Assembly: GCF_028369105.1 (NCBI RefSeq) | Contig: NZ_JAQNDO010000001.1 | Coordinates: forward strand, 2,099,711 to 2,163,710 | Reading direction: 5' to 3' | Source: Polyangium mundeleinium | GTDB lineage: Bacteria > Myxococcota_A > Polyangia > Polyangiales > Polyangiaceae | Length of the DNA: 64,000 nt | Part shown: positions 9,949 to 19,793 of the stretch, piece by piece | Layout of the letters: every line of letters begins with the position of its first letter | How positions within the stretch are numbered: the stretch's first letter is position 1 | Program-made: the position numbers and the translations under genes | Notes under the pieces: generated by a model | Told to the model about the DNA's origin: nothing | Database searches by the model: none | Seen by the model: the letters and a program-made list of their open reading frames with translations, nothing else

Positions 9949-11973
9949 TCAAAGCTCACTGCAAAGCGAATCTCCGGGCTGGCACAGCGACCGCTTGCGG
10001 GGCGGCGGCTTCCTGGGGGGTGGCTTGGCCACTGTCTCGGGCGTGAACTCGACGAGTTCGAGCAGGTTCACGAAGCGGGCTCTGTGCCCGCCGGGATCCG
10101 CGCCGAGGTTTTTCTTGGCCATCGTCACGACATCCGCGAGCGTCACGTTTCCCTTGTAGGGCGAATCCCGCAGGAGCAGGCCGAACGCCGCCACGGCCGC
10201 GGCGAACTGGAGATCCGTGCGCACCTCTTGCTGATACCATTCGTCGATGAGCGGCACCTCGATCTCGCGGCTCGTTTGTCCCGAGGCATCCTTGTAACGG
10301 ACCCGCAGCGTGAGGAGGTACGGCGGGGGCGGCATGTCGGAGCTCCCCGAGGTGCGGAGCCTGGGTTCGATCTCGTAAAGCGCCGTCACCGCCTGCCCGG
10401 CATAAAGATCGACCGGGCCTTTCCAGGCATCCAGAAATTCGCGCTCCGGGCCCGTCCGATCCTCGTTGCCGATCAGCCGGAACGACCGCACGTGCGACGG
10501 ATCGAAATCGACCTCGACCCGCACGTCCCTCGCGATCGGCGTGCGCGCCCCCATCGCCTCGTCGACCAGCTCCTTGCGCGCGTCGTCCGGGCTCGCGATC
10601 TGCGCGAAATGGCCTTTCCCCTCCGCGGCCAGGCGCTTCAAGGTTTCGACGGCCGGGACATCCATCCGACCGAAGCCCAGCGTCGTCAGGGAAATGCCCG
10701 TCGCCGATTTTTCCCGGATCGACGCCGCGAGCCGGCTCGGGTCCTCCGCCGTGAAATGGTCGTCCGTCGCCAGGAAGACCCGGTTCACGCCGCCTGCGAC
10801 GAAATGCGCCTGCGCCTCCTGGAAGGCTCGCTCGATGGAAGCGCTCGTGTCCACGGTCGCGCCCGGCTTGAAGTTGTCGATGGCGGTGAGGATCCGGGGT
10901 TTGTCGTTGCCCGGCGTCGACGGCAGGTAAGGCTCCTGCGAGCTGCCTCCGTATTCGACGAGCGTCAGCCGATCTTGCGCGTCGAGCCGCGACACCAGCC
11001 TGCGCAGGGCGGCCTGGAGCAGCAGCAGTTTGTCCGGCTCATAGGTGAAGTCGGAGGATTTGTCGATCACGAAGACGAGGTTTGCCTGGGGGCGGACCGA
11101 CGGATCGAGCGGCGCTGTTTTCAGCGCGAGGCGCACGAGCCTGTGCGAATGGTTCCACGGCGCCGCGCCGACCTCGGCCCGGGCGGCGAGCGGCGCGTCT
11201 CCGATCGGGGGCGGGTCTTCGTAGGCGAACGCATTGACGAGCTCGTCGACGCGCACCACGTCCTTCGGCGGCCGCCGCCCGGCCTCCTGGATGTACCGCT
11301 CGACGAGCGAATACGAGGCCGTGTCCACGTCGAGCGGGAACGTCGAGCGTGCGATGCTCGTCGTGTAGACGAACGGGTTCTCGTCGGCGCTCGGCTTCGA
11401 GCGCGCGGTCAACCTGCGGGGCTTCGGGATTTGCGAAGGGACCCCGCTGCCCTGATGCGCCCGCTCCTCCTGGAGCATTTTCAGGGCCTCTCGCCGCGTC
11501 GCATCGTCGATCTTCGTGTCGTCCTTCGGGCGCGGGGCCGTCGTCTTTTTCTGGCCCTTCTCGTTCTGCTTCTGCTGCGCCTCGAACGCCGCAAAGTCTT
11601 TCCTCGCTTGCTCGGCCGCGAGCTGGGCATTGCGGCGCGCGACCATCACCCCGACCGGAATGGACACGAGCGCGACGGCCGCCGCTGCGAGCAACACCGG
11701 GCGCAGGAGCCGCCTTCGGAGCGAAGCCACCTTGGGGGTTTCCTTCTCGCGCGTAGCCTCCTCCAGCGCCTTTCGTTGCTCCGCCGGAAGCTCCTTCGGC
11801 GCGCGCTCTGCGAGGCCTTCGCGGAGCATGTCCGCCGTCATGCGCAGGGCGTCGATCTCCGCGCGGATCTCCAGATCGCCGTCGACGGCCGCCTCGATTT
11901 CGCGTGATGCCGCCTCGTCGAGCTCGCCGAGCACGTACGAGAGCAGGCGCGGATCGTCTTTCGAGAGCGTCAT
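9949..11973 (-). CDS. Anti-sigma factor / von Willebrand factor A domain fusion protein (YfbK-like): N-terminal anti-sigma region, one TM helix and a periplasmic VWA region
   Basis: Start MTLSKDDPRLLSYVLGELD (anti-sigma zf-HC2-like N-terminus). TM LLRPVLLAAAAVALVSIPVGVMVA. VWA-like LVFVIDKSSD. ATGA overlap with the upstream ECF sigma gene. The listed ORF 9949-12363 is 5' over-extended. Confidence 0.8.
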   Translation of the reverse strand: MTLSKDDPRLLSYVLGELDEAASREIEAAVDGDLEIRAEIDALRMTADMLREGLAERAPKELPAEQRKALEEATREKETPKVASLRRRLLRPVLLAAAAVALVSIPVGVMVARRNAQLAAEQARKDFAAFEAQQKQNEKGQKKTTAPRPKDDTKIDDATRREALKMLQEERAHQGSGVPSQIPKPRRLTARSKPSADENPFVYTTSIARSTFPLDVDTASYSLVERYIQEAGRRPPKDVVRVDELVNAFAYEDPPPIGDAPLAARAEVGAAPWNHSHRLVRLALKTAPLDPSVRPQANLVFVIDKSSDFTYEPDKLLLLQAALRRLVSRLDAQDRLTLVEYGGSSQEPYLPSTPGNDKPRILTAIDNFKPGATVDTSASIERAFQEAQAHFVAGGVNRVFLATDDHFTAEDPSRLAASIREKSATGISLTTLGFGRMDVPAVETLKRLAAEGKGHFAQIASPDDARKELVDEAMGARTPIARDVRVEVDFDPSHVRSFRLIGNEDRTGPEREFLDAWKGPVDLYAGQAVTALYEIEPRLRTSGSSDMPPPPYLLTLRVRYKDASGQTSREIEVPLIDEWYQQEVRTDLQFAAAVAAFGLLLRDSPYKGNVTLADVVTMAKKNLGADPGGHRARFVNLLELVEFTPETVAKPPPRKPPPRKRSLCQPGDSLCSEL

Positions 11974-12497
11974 CGGTTCCTCCTTTCGGCTTCGCGGTCC
12001 TTCTTCTCGACCTGCTCGCGCAGCGCGCGCAGCGCCGTATGCAACAGAAACCCCACGTTCGAGACGCTCGTCCCGAGCACCTCCGCGATTTCCTGGTAGC
12101 TCAGGTCGCCGCTGAATTTGAGCAGGACCGCCTCGCGTTGCCGCTCCGGCAGGGTATCGAGCGCGCCGAGGACGCGGCGCATCGCCTCCCGGCGCTCGAG
12201 GGCCTCCGCGGGCCCGGGTAGATTGTTCGGCATGACCTCGTCCATCTCCGCCACGGGCTCGACGTGTCGTTTGTCGCGCCGCACATCGAGGGCCCGGTTC
12301 CGGCAGACCGTGAAGAGCCAGGCCCGGAGGTGCGGCTCCACCGCCGCCCGGTCCTGGTTGCACAAGCGCAGGAACGTGTCCTGCACCACGTCGGCCGCCT
12401 GAGCGGATCCCACGATGGCCGAGGCGTAACGGAGCAAAGGGGCTTCGTAGCGCGAGAGCGCGAGAAGGACCCAGTGGCTCGTCGGTTCGCTCGGCAT
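11970..12497 (-). CDS. ECF-family RNA polymerase sigma-70 factor
   Basis: Sigma70 region 2 and region 4 motifs (VQDTFLRL, LPERQREAVLLKFSGDLSYQEIAEVLG). Co-transcribed and overlapping with the anti-sigma gene. Start chosen at MPSEPTSH (ATG at 12497); the listed ORF reaches 12653. Confidence 0.8.
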   Translation of the reverse strand: MPSEPTSHWVLLALSRYEAPLLRYASAIVGSAQAADVVQDTFLRLCNQDRAAVEPHLRAWLFTVCRNRALDVRRDKRHVEPVAEMDEVMPNNLPGPAEALERREAMRRVLGALDTLPERQREAVLLKFSGDLSYQEIAEVLGTSVSNVGFLLHTALRALREQVEKKDREAERRNR

Positions 12498-12627
12498 GGG
12501 CGCGAAAGAGCGTGTCGTTCGCTCGAAGAACGGGGGGGCGGGAGGTTTCTTAGAGAAAAAAGGAACGAGCTCGGGTCTTTGTCTCGGGCGGCTTCTCGCG
12601 GGGCGCGGATCGGGGTAGGGGGCCGTC

Positions 12628-13407
12628 ATGTCCAACGCCTCCCCGGCTCGCAAGACGCGCGCGGCGCAGTGGGCCTACGTGATCCTGGGCCTCCTCGTGC
12701 TGATCTTCGTCGTGCTCGGCGTGATGATCAAGGTGTACAAGGTCCCGTCCGGGGCGATGTTACCCACGCTCGTGCCCGGCGACCACGTCTCCGCGACGCG
12801 GGGTGGCGAGGTGCATCGCGGCGAGGTGATCGTCTTTCCGTTCCCCGAGAACCCGGAGCAGCTCTTCATGAAGCGGGTGATCGGGATGCCGGGGGACGAG
12901 ATCCAGTTCGTGGACGGGCGGCCCATCATCAACGGCTTTCGCGTCCCGCAGTGTCGCGTGGGCCGATACGATTGGGAGGGGCAGAGGCACGAGCTCTTCC
13001 TCGAATGGATCGGCGATCACGTGTACGGCGTTTTGCTCGACGGACCGGTCGACGGGGGGACGTGCGAGAAGGATATCGATTGCAGCGGGATGCAATCGTG
13101 CCGGGGCGGGATTTGCGGGATGTTGCAAGGACCGTGGCGTGTGCCTCCGGGGGAGGTGTTCGTCATCGGCGACAACCGGATGAACAGCCACGACTCGCGG
13201 AGCTGGAAGGGCGGAATCGGAAGCGGTGTGCCCATTTCCACGGTGATCGGGCACGTGGGGAGGATCGTGATGGGCGGTTTTTCCGGCAGGACGGGCACGC
13301 CCATGGACGGGCCGCCCGTCCTGCCGGCCGGCGCGGCGTCGCTCGGGCCTGCGATGGAAAAGTGCTTGAAGGAAAAACCCGCCGTGACGACGCCGCCCGC
13401 GCGTTAA
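12628..13407 (+). CDS. lepB: Signal peptidase I
   Basis: N-terminal TM anchor, catalytic Ser box SGAMLPTL, Lys box KRVIGMPGD and GDNRMNSHDSR. Confidence 0.9.
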   Translation: MSNASPARKTRAAQWAYVILGLLVLIFVVLGVMIKVYKVPSGAMLPTLVPGDHVSATRGGEVHRGEVIVFPFPENPEQLFMKRVIGMPGDEIQFVDGRPIINGFRVPQCRVGRYDWEGQRHELFLEWIGDHVYGVLLDGPVDGGTCEKDIDCSGMQSCRGGICGMLQGPWRVPPGEVFVIGDNRMNSHDSRSWKGGIGSGVPISTVIGHVGRIVMGGFSGRTGTPMDGPPVLPAGAASLGPAMEKCLKEKPAVTTPPAR

Positions 13408-13961
13408 CGCGAGCGCCGCCTGCGCGCCGCGGCGATTCCGGTGCCCACGGCGACCATGGCGAGCCCGAGCCACGGCGCGGCGTGGTCGCCCACGGCGGTG
13501 CATGAGCATGACTTCACCACGAGGTCGCCCCCGTCCTCGCCTCCCCCCGCGCCGTCGCCCGCGCCTGCGCCGCCCGCGCCGTTCCCGCCGCTGCCGGAGC
13601 CCGCCTGGGCGCCGTCGACGCAGACCTTGATGGATTTGCACGTGCCGGTCGCGCAGGCGCCTGCGGCGTCGCAAGGCTCGACCACGATGGGCGTGAGCGG
13701 CGGCAGGGCGGCGTCCGGATTGAGCCAGCCGCCCACGCAGTTGATTTCCTGCATGCAAAACGAGCGATCCGCGCAGGTGGCGCCGCCCTTGCAATCGGCG
13801 TCCGTCATGCAGTCCCGCGGCGCGCAGTGCGGGCCGCCGTGACACGTGGCGCCCTCGCTGCCGTCGGGGCAATTCGTCGGGGGCAAGTCGACCACGTCGG
13901 CGAGGGCGGGCGGGGCGGCGAAGAGCACAGCCGAAGCAAAAAGCAAAGCGAATGAGCGCAT
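13404..13961 (-). CDS. Small secreted Cys-rich protein with a C-terminal MYXO-CTERM sorting signal
   Basis: ATG at 13961 preceded by GGAGGAGG. Signal peptide MRSFALLFASAVLFAAPPALA, 17 Cys, Gly-rich linker, then CSCTAVGDHAAPWLGLAMVAVGTGIAAARRRRSR (Cys motif, TM helix, Arg cluster). The listed ORF 13404-15104 is a 5' over-extension. Confidence 0.75.
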   Translation of the reverse strand: MRSFALLFASAVLFAAPPALADVVDLPPTNCPDGSEGATCHGGPHCAPRDCMTDADCKGGATCADRSFCMQEINCVGGWLNPDAALPPLTPIVVEPCDAAGACATGTCKSIKVCVDGAQAGSGSGGNGAGGAGAGDGAGGGEDGGDLVVKSCSCTAVGDHAAPWLGLAMVAVGTGIAAARRRRSR

Positions 13962-14087
13962 GAAGTCGTCCTCCTCCGGCGCCAGGGCGCCGGTTTTGCG
14001 AACACAGTACCGCCGCAGCAGGTTTTGGTCCAAGAGGAACGGCGAGGACGCTTCCCCGCGCGCTTCGAGATGCGGTAGGATCCCGCC

Positions 14088-14645
14088 ATGGACGTCGCCA
14101 CCCTGATCGCCCAGCAAGAACGCGGCGAGCCGCTCGATTTCCTGTTCTTCTGGGGCCATACGCCGAGCAAAGAGGGGACGCTCGGTCCTTTCATCTTGAG
14201 CCAATGGTATCCCGCGCCGTTCGTCGTGCGCGGACAGAGGTACGCGGCCGCCGAGCATTTCATGATGGCCGAAAAGGCGCGGCTCTTCGGGGACGAAGCG
14301 ACGCGCGCGAAGATCCTGGCGACGGAGGATCCGGCCGAGGCAAAGGCGCTCGGGCGCGAGGTGCATGATTTCGACGAGGCGCGCTGGCGCGAGCACCGCT
14401 ACGGCATCGTGGTGGAGGCGAGCGCCGCGAAGTTCGGCCAGAACACGGCGCTCGGCGATTGGCTGGTCGGCACGGGGTCGAAGATCCTCGTCGAGGCGAG
14501 CCCGAAGGACGCGATCTGGGGCATCGGGCTCGGCGCGTCGAATCCGCGCGCGACGGACCCTCGGGCCTGGCGGGGGCTGAATTTGCTGGGGTTTGCGCTC
14601 ATGGACGCGCGCGAGGGGCTTGCCGGCGCGGCGCGTCCTCGATAG
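14088..14645 (+). CDS. NADAR-family protein (DUF1768, YbiA-like N-glycosidase)
   Basis: Conserved FFWGH, SQWYPAPF, AEHFMMAEKARLFGD and DAIWGIGLG motifs. Confidence 0.85.
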   Translation: MDVATLIAQQERGEPLDFLFFWGHTPSKEGTLGPFILSQWYPAPFVVRGQRYAAAEHFMMAEKARLFGDEATRAKILATEDPAEAKALGREVHDFDEARWREHRYGIVVEASAAKFGQNTALGDWLVGTGSKILVEASPKDAIWGIGLGASNPRATDPRAWRGLNLLGFALMDAREGLAGAARPR

Positions 14646-14675
14646 GCTCGGCCCCCGAGGCAATGTGCGCGGCTG

Positions 14676-16160
14676 ATGAGTAGCGACAGCGAAATCGAGC
14701 TTCCGGTCAAGGCGGGCGACGTGATCGCCGGGAAATACCGCGTCGATCGTGTGCTCGGCGTGGGCGGCATGGGGGCCGTCGTCGCGGCCGAGCACACGGA
14801 GCTCGAGCAGCGGGTGGCGATCAAGTTCATGCTCGAGGCCGCCGCCAAGAACGAGGTCGGCAAGAAGCGCTTTTTGCGCGAGGCGCAGGCCGCGACGAAG
14901 CTCCGGAGCGAGCACGTCACGCGCATGCTCGACTTCGGCACGCTCGACGACGGGGTTCCCTACCTCGTGATGGAGCTGCTCGAAGGCAAGGACCTCGACG
15001 CGATGATCCGCGCGGCGGGCAAGCTGCCGATCGAGGAGGCGTGCGAGATCCTGCTCCAGACGTGCGAGGCGCTCGCCGAGGCGCACGGGCGCGGCATCGT
15101 GCACCGCGACATCAAGCCCGCGAATCTATTCGTGACGCGGCGGGCCGACGGGAGCCCGGTGGTGAAGGTGCTCGATTTCGGAATCGCGAAGCACGAGGAT
15201 CCGGCGGCGATCGACGGTACGGCGCTCACGCGCAGCAACGCGCTGCTCGGCTCGCCGATGTACATGTCGCTCGAGCAGTTTCGCGCGGCGCGGGAGGTCG
15301 ACGCGCGCAGCGACATCTGGTCGCTCGGCGTGGTGCTGTACAAGGCGCTCACCGGAGGGATGCCATTCGTCGCGGATTCGCTCGGTTCGCTCATCATGGT
15401 GCTGATGACCGAGGATCCGGAGCCGCCGCAGCGCCACCGCGAGGATCTTCCGGCCGAGCTCGGCGAGGTGGTGCTGCGTTGCCTGCAAAAACACCCGGCC
15501 GATCGATTCCAGAGCGTCGCCGAGCTCGCGGACGCCCTCGCCCCCTTCGTGCCCGAGCGGTCGAGGGCGCTGCTCGATCGCATTCACGCGCACCTCGCCG
15601 GGCCGCGCGACGCGGGGAGCTTGCGGCCCGAGGCGCCGGTCTCGAAACCGGGAAACAAATCGCCTGGACAAACGACGGGCTCGTCGCTTCGGAAAAAGGA
15701 GGCTCCGTCTGGAGGGACGACGGGCGAGCGGGTTTCGGCGCCGACGATGGGGAAGACGGCTTCGGAGTGGTCGCAGACCCAGCCGGGGGCGACGTCGCGA
15801 TCGGGGAAATGGTTCGTCCTGACAGGCGTGGTCGCTTTGCTCCTTGGAATCGTGGGGGCGCGGGTGCTCGGGGGCCGCGAGGAGAAGACCATGACCGCGG
15901 AGCCGGCGCGGCCGCCGGCCATCGAGGCGCCCGCGCCGGCCGTGACCGTGGCGCCCGCGCCGAGCGTGACGGCTGCGCCCGCTCCGACGCCCGAGACGAC
16001 CGCCGCGCCTTCGAGCACGTCGGGGGCGCCTGCCGCGAGCGTGGCGGTGCCCAAGGTTGCGGCGCCCGTGAAGACCGGTGCGACGAAGCCCGCCTCGACC
16101 CAGGCGCCGAGCGCGGCACCCACCCCCGGCCTCCTTCCCGATTTCGGAGGCCGCAAATGA
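14676..16160 (+). CDS. Ser/Thr protein kinase with one TM helix and a Pro/Ala-rich periplasmic tail
   Basis: Gly loop LGVGGMGAV, VAIK, catalytic HRDIKPANL, DFGIAK and APE-like SPMYMSLE motifs. TM WFVLTGVVALLLGIVGA. Confidence 0.9.
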   Translation: MSSDSEIELPVKAGDVIAGKYRVDRVLGVGGMGAVVAAEHTELEQRVAIKFMLEAAAKNEVGKKRFLREAQAATKLRSEHVTRMLDFGTLDDGVPYLVMELLEGKDLDAMIRAAGKLPIEEACEILLQTCEALAEAHGRGIVHRDIKPANLFVTRRADGSPVVKVLDFGIAKHEDPAAIDGTALTRSNALLGSPMYMSLEQFRAAREVDARSDIWSLGVVLYKALTGGMPFVADSLGSLIMVLMTEDPEPPQRHREDLPAELGEVVLRCLQKHPADRFQSVAELADALAPFVPERSRALLDRIHAHLAGPRDAGSLRPEAPVSKPGNKSPGQTTGSSLRKKEAPSGGTTGERVSAPTMGKTASEWSQTQPGATSRSGKWFVLTGVVALLLGIVGARVLGGREEKTMTAEPARPPAIEAPAPAVTVAPAPSVTAAPAPTPETTAAPSSTSGAPAASVAVPKVAAPVKTGATKPASTQAPSAAPTPGLLPDFGGRK

Positions 16161-17179
16161 AGAAACGCGCCGCCGGGTTTTTCCTCGCCTTGGCGCTTTT
16201 GGGCGCGACGCGGCCGGGGGTTGCCCAGCAGGGCGACGTGGCCGCGGCCGAGCACCTCTTCAAGGAGGCGCTCGCGCTCATGGAGAAGGGCGATTACGAG
16301 CACGCGTGCCCGCGGCTCGCGGAGAGCCACAAGCTCGATTCGGGCGTCGGGACGCTGCTGTACCTCGGAGATTGCCAGGAAAAACTCGGCAAGCTGGCGA
16401 CCGCGTGGGCCACGTTCCGCGAGGCGGCCGACGCGGCGCGCCGGGCGGGGCAACCGGAGCGGGAGAAGATGGGGCGGGCGCGGGCGGACGCCCTCGAATC
16501 GAAGCTTTCGCGTCTCCGCATCGAGGTGCCAGATTCGGTTTCGCGCGAGGGCCTCGTCGTGCGCCGCGACGCGCTGGATGTCTCGGCCGTCCTGTGGAAC
16601 ACGGCCGTGCCCATCGATCCGGGCACGTACAAGATCGAGGCGAACGCGCCCGGAAAAACGCCGTATTCGGTGTCTGTTGTCATCGAGCCGGGATCGGCGA
16701 CGACGACCGTGACCCTGCCGCCGCTCGAAGACGCGAAGACAATCGAGGCGCCGCCGCAGCCTTCGCCCGAGCCGGTGAAGCTGCCGCCGCCTCCGCCTCC
16801 GCCAGCCCCCCTGCCTCGGCCGCCGCCCCAAGGAATCGGGGCGCTCGGGATTGCAGGCATCGTGGTGGGAGGGGCGGGCGTTCTCACGATGGGCGCGTCC
16901 CTCGGCGTGGGGCTCGCGGCGCGCGCGCGGTTCGACGAGGCGTCGTCGTTTTGCGACGCGACGTATTGTGATCGGGAGGGCGTCGTGATTCGCAAGGACG
17001 CGAAGGATCTCGCGGGCGTGGGGACGACGATTTTCGTGCCCGGCGCGGTCCTCACGGCGGCTGGCGCCGCGCTCCTCGTCGTATCGCTCGCGACGCGGGG
17101 GTCGGCAGACGCGGCGCCGAAGCCGCGCGCCGTGTTGACGTTCGGGCCCGGGGGGATCTTCGCGCGAGGGAGCTTTTGA
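16157..17179 (+). CDS. Secreted protein with a C-terminal TM region, function unknown; translationally coupled to the kinase
   Basis: ATGA overlap with the kinase stop. Signal peptide MKKRAAGFFLALALLGATRPGVA, PPPPPPPAPLPRPPP linker and C-terminal hydrophobic helices. Confidence 0.7.
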   Translation: MKKRAAGFFLALALLGATRPGVAQQGDVAAAEHLFKEALALMEKGDYEHACPRLAESHKLDSGVGTLLYLGDCQEKLGKLATAWATFREAADAARRAGQPEREKMGRARADALESKLSRLRIEVPDSVSREGLVVRRDALDVSAVLWNTAVPIDPGTYKIEANAPGKTPYSVSVVIEPGSATTTVTLPPLEDAKTIEAPPQPSPEPVKLPPPPPPPAPLPRPPPQGIGALGIAGIVVGGAGVLTMGASLGVGLAARARFDEASSFCDATYCDREGVVIRKDAKDLAGVGTTIFVPGAVLTAAGAALLVVSLATRGSADAAPKPRAVLTFGPGGIFARGSF

Positions 17180-18480
17180 TGCGCGTTCGTCCTGCCAAGC
17201 TCGTTTTCGTCCTCGGGGCGCTCGGTGGCGTGGGCGCGACGGGGTGCGCCTCGGTTTTTGGCATCGAGGAGGGCGTGCTCCGCCCGAGCATCGAGGTGTC
17301 CGGCTCGATCGGCGAGGACACGACGTGGTATGCCGATCAGACCACGCTCCTCACGGGATTCGTGGTGGTCGAAGAGGGTGCGACGCTCACGATCGAGGCG
17401 GGAACGCAGGTCCTCGCCCAGTCGGAAGGCGGGCTCCTCGTGAAGCCGGGCGCCCGGATCCTCGCGCGGGGCACGAAGGAGGCGCCGATCGTCTTCACGA
17501 GCGCCGCGTCCGAGCGCGCCGAAGGGGATTGGCGGGGCGTCATCCTTTGTGGCCGCGCCCCGATCAACGGCGCCCCCGGCGGCGTGCGCTCCTTGGATGT
17601 CCTTCCTCCCGGCATCAGCGCCTCCTGCGGCGGGACGGTCGAGGACGATAGCAGCGGCGAGTTCGAATTCGTGCGGATCGAATTTGCGGGCCGGAACAAA
17701 GGTTTCTCGGGCTCGCCGGGCGGATTCCGCTTGGAGGGCGTCGGCAGCGGCACGGTCGTCGACCACGTGCAGGTCCACCGCACCGAAAGCGACGCCATGG
17801 ATTTGCGGGGCGGAACCGTGTCGGTGAAGCACATCCTCATCACGATGTTCGAGGACGACGGCTTCGATTGGGCGCTCGGCTGGCGTGGCAAGGGCCAATT
17901 CATCGGCGTCGTGATGGGCAACATGCAGGGCGACACGGGCATCCAGGCCGGCCAGGGCACGAGCGACGCCGAGATCAACGGCGCGGGCTCGGCGCCATCG
18001 GATCCCTTGCTTTACAACGTGACCTTGATCGGGATGGACGACCAGTACGGTCCGAACGTCAAGCTGCGGGGCGGGACGCGGGGGCGGATGTTCGACATGC
18101 TCGTGGCGAGCGCGGGGACGTCGGGCCTGGGCATCGAGGAGACGCCGACGCAAGAGAATGCGAACGAGGGGCTGCTCGACATCCGGCATTCGATTTTCGC
18201 GAACGACGACAACTTCGTGGACGACGAGCCCGCGTTCTCGGCGTCGGATTGGGCCATGGATCCGGCGCGGAGCAATCGTGCTCTTTCGGCGAGCGAGAGT
18301 GGTTTGCCGTTGTTCACGAACGGCGCGATCTATCTGTCGCTCGTGAGCGGGGCGGAGGCGCTTTCGGGCGCAATCGCGCCGCCGGACGACGGGTTTTTCG
18401 ATCCGAGCGCGCTCTTCGTGGGCGCCTGCGGCGAGGTGTGCCCGGATTTCGAGGGGTGGACGGCGTTTCCGGACCGTTGA
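17179..18480 (+). CDS. Lipoprotein, function unknown, possibly a beta-helix fold
   Basis: TGATG coupling with the upstream gene (an alternative TTG start lies at 17176). Lipobox LGGVGATGCAS. Confidence 0.7.
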   Translation: MRVRPAKLVFVLGALGGVGATGCASVFGIEEGVLRPSIEVSGSIGEDTTWYADQTTLLTGFVVVEEGATLTIEAGTQVLAQSEGGLLVKPGARILARGTKEAPIVFTSAASERAEGDWRGVILCGRAPINGAPGGVRSLDVLPPGISASCGGTVEDDSSGEFEFVRIEFAGRNKGFSGSPGGFRLEGVGSGTVVDHVQVHRTESDAMDLRGGTVSVKHILITMFEDDGFDWALGWRGKGQFIGVVMGNMQGDTGIQAGQGTSDAEINGAGSAPSDPLLYNVTLIGMDDQYGPNVKLRGGTRGRMFDMLVASAGTSGLGIEETPTQENANEGLLDIRHSIFANDDNFVDDEPAFSASDWAMDPARSNRALSASESGLPLFTNGAIYLSLVSGAEALSGAIAPPDDGFFDPSALFVGACGEVCPDFEGWTAFPDR

Positions 18481-18499
18481 GATGTGGTAGGGTGCGGGC

Positions 18500-19099
18500 A
18501 TGTCGGATCCGGCTCGCACGGCGAAACATCCGAAGACCTGGGAAGACCTGGCGGAATTGCCTGAGGGGGTCGTCGGGGAGATCGTGGGCGGGGAGATCGT
18601 CCTCCTGCCGCGGCCGAATCCGCCGCACGGGCGTACGCAGGCGAAGCTTCACGCGAAAATTGGCGGTGCCTTCGACCTGGGCGAAGGGGGGCCGGGCGGC
18701 TGGGAGATCCGCGTCGAGCCAGGCATCAGGTTCGGGGAGGAGATCCGGGTGCCCGATCTGGCGGGCTGGCGGAGCGAACGCTTCGAGGAGCCGAACGAAG
18801 GCCCGCTCCTCGTGATCCCGGACTGGGTTTGCGAGATTGTCTCGCCAAGCACGGCGCGCTCGGACCGGACAGCGAAGCTCAGGCTCTACGCCCAACACGG
18901 CGCTCACCATTACTGGATCATCGACCCGGAGCGGCAGACGCTCGAGGTCTACCGGCTGGAGGGCAAGGTATGGGTCGTCGCCGCGACGTTTGGCGGGGAC
19001 GAGCGCGTCCGCGCCGAGCCTTTTGATGCGGTCGATATCGAGCTCTCCCGGCTCTGGATGCCGCCTGCCCCTACGCCTGCCACTCCCCCCACCCCCTGA
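18500..19099 (+). CDS. Uma2-family (DUF820) PD-(D/E)XK endonuclease
   Basis: Typical Uma2 layout: EIVGGEIVLLPRP, PDLAGW, PDWVCEIVSPST, KLRLYAQHG and YWIIDP. Confidence 0.85.
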   Translation: MSDPARTAKHPKTWEDLAELPEGVVGEIVGGEIVLLPRPNPPHGRTQAKLHAKIGGAFDLGEGGPGGWEIRVEPGIRFGEEIRVPDLAGWRSERFEEPNEGPLLVIPDWVCEIVSPSTARSDRTAKLRLYAQHGAHHYWIIDPERQTLEVYRLEGKVWVVAATFGGDERVRAEPFDAVDIELSRLWMPPAPTPATPPTP

Positions 19100-19102
19100 C
19101 CC

Positions 19103-19693
19103 TCACCCTCGCCGATACATCACATCCGTTCGGAGAACGTATTTCGTCCCCTCGATCACCGGCGCTCCCCGGTGGTACATCGGGTGCGAGAAGACGAGCG
19201 CCATCCCGCGCCGCGGCGCCACGCGGAGCTCGTCGTCGGTCACGAACACGAAGTCCGTCGTCCCGCCGACGCACGCCTCGTTCAGGTAAAAGATCAACGT
19301 CAGCAGGCTCTGCTCCTCCGGCGTCCGCACATACGCGCCGTCCCGGTGCCAGTCGAATTGCTGCCCCGGCGTGTAGCGGTAATACCGAAATCGCTCGTTC
19401 AACCCCACGGGGCGATACGCGCCGAGCGGAGACGGCACGTGCGCCGCGATCCGCGGCCAGAGCAGCGCCGCGAGGGCCGGGTCGTCCTGCATGACGCGCC
19501 GGTTGTTGCGGATGTCCGGCGCCATCCTGAACTTGTTCGGGCCCACCGTGATCGGCGCGTCCGTGAAGCCGTGGGCCTCGGCGCGCCGGATGAGGTCGTC
19601 ACACTCGGCGGGGGCGAGGACGTTCGCGAGCGTGAAGAGCTCCTGATCGGTCGAGAGCAGGCGTTTCTCGATGGCGTTCATGCAGGACACCAT
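19103..19693 (-). CDS. 2OG-Fe(II) oxygenase superfamily protein (prolyl 4-hydroxylase-like)
   Basis: HXD...H iron-binding triad (DWHRDG ... HRGAPV) and RTDVMY near the C-terminus. Confidence 0.85.
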   Translation of the reverse strand: MVSCMNAIEKRLLSTDQELFTLANVLAPAECDDLIRRAEAHGFTDAPITVGPNKFRMAPDIRNNRRVMQDDPALAALLWPRIAAHVPSPLGAYRPVGLNERFRYYRYTPGQQFDWHRDGAYVRTPEEQSLLTLIFYLNEACVGGTTDFVFVTDDELRVAPRRGMALVFSHPMYHRGAPVIEGTKYVLRTDVMYRRG

Positions 19694-19793
19694 GCGGGCG
19701 CGCTGGGCGGCAGGACAGGGCAGAACCGGGCAGGAACCGGGCGGGCCGGGCGGTGGACAGGAGCGCCGCGCGGAAGGATGATGCGCGACGCGA

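Noticed and set aside
8075-9952. 625-aa R/D/E-rich ORF on the minus strand
   Set aside because: Antisense to the ABC-2 permease gene. Composition is charged low-complexity with no motifs.
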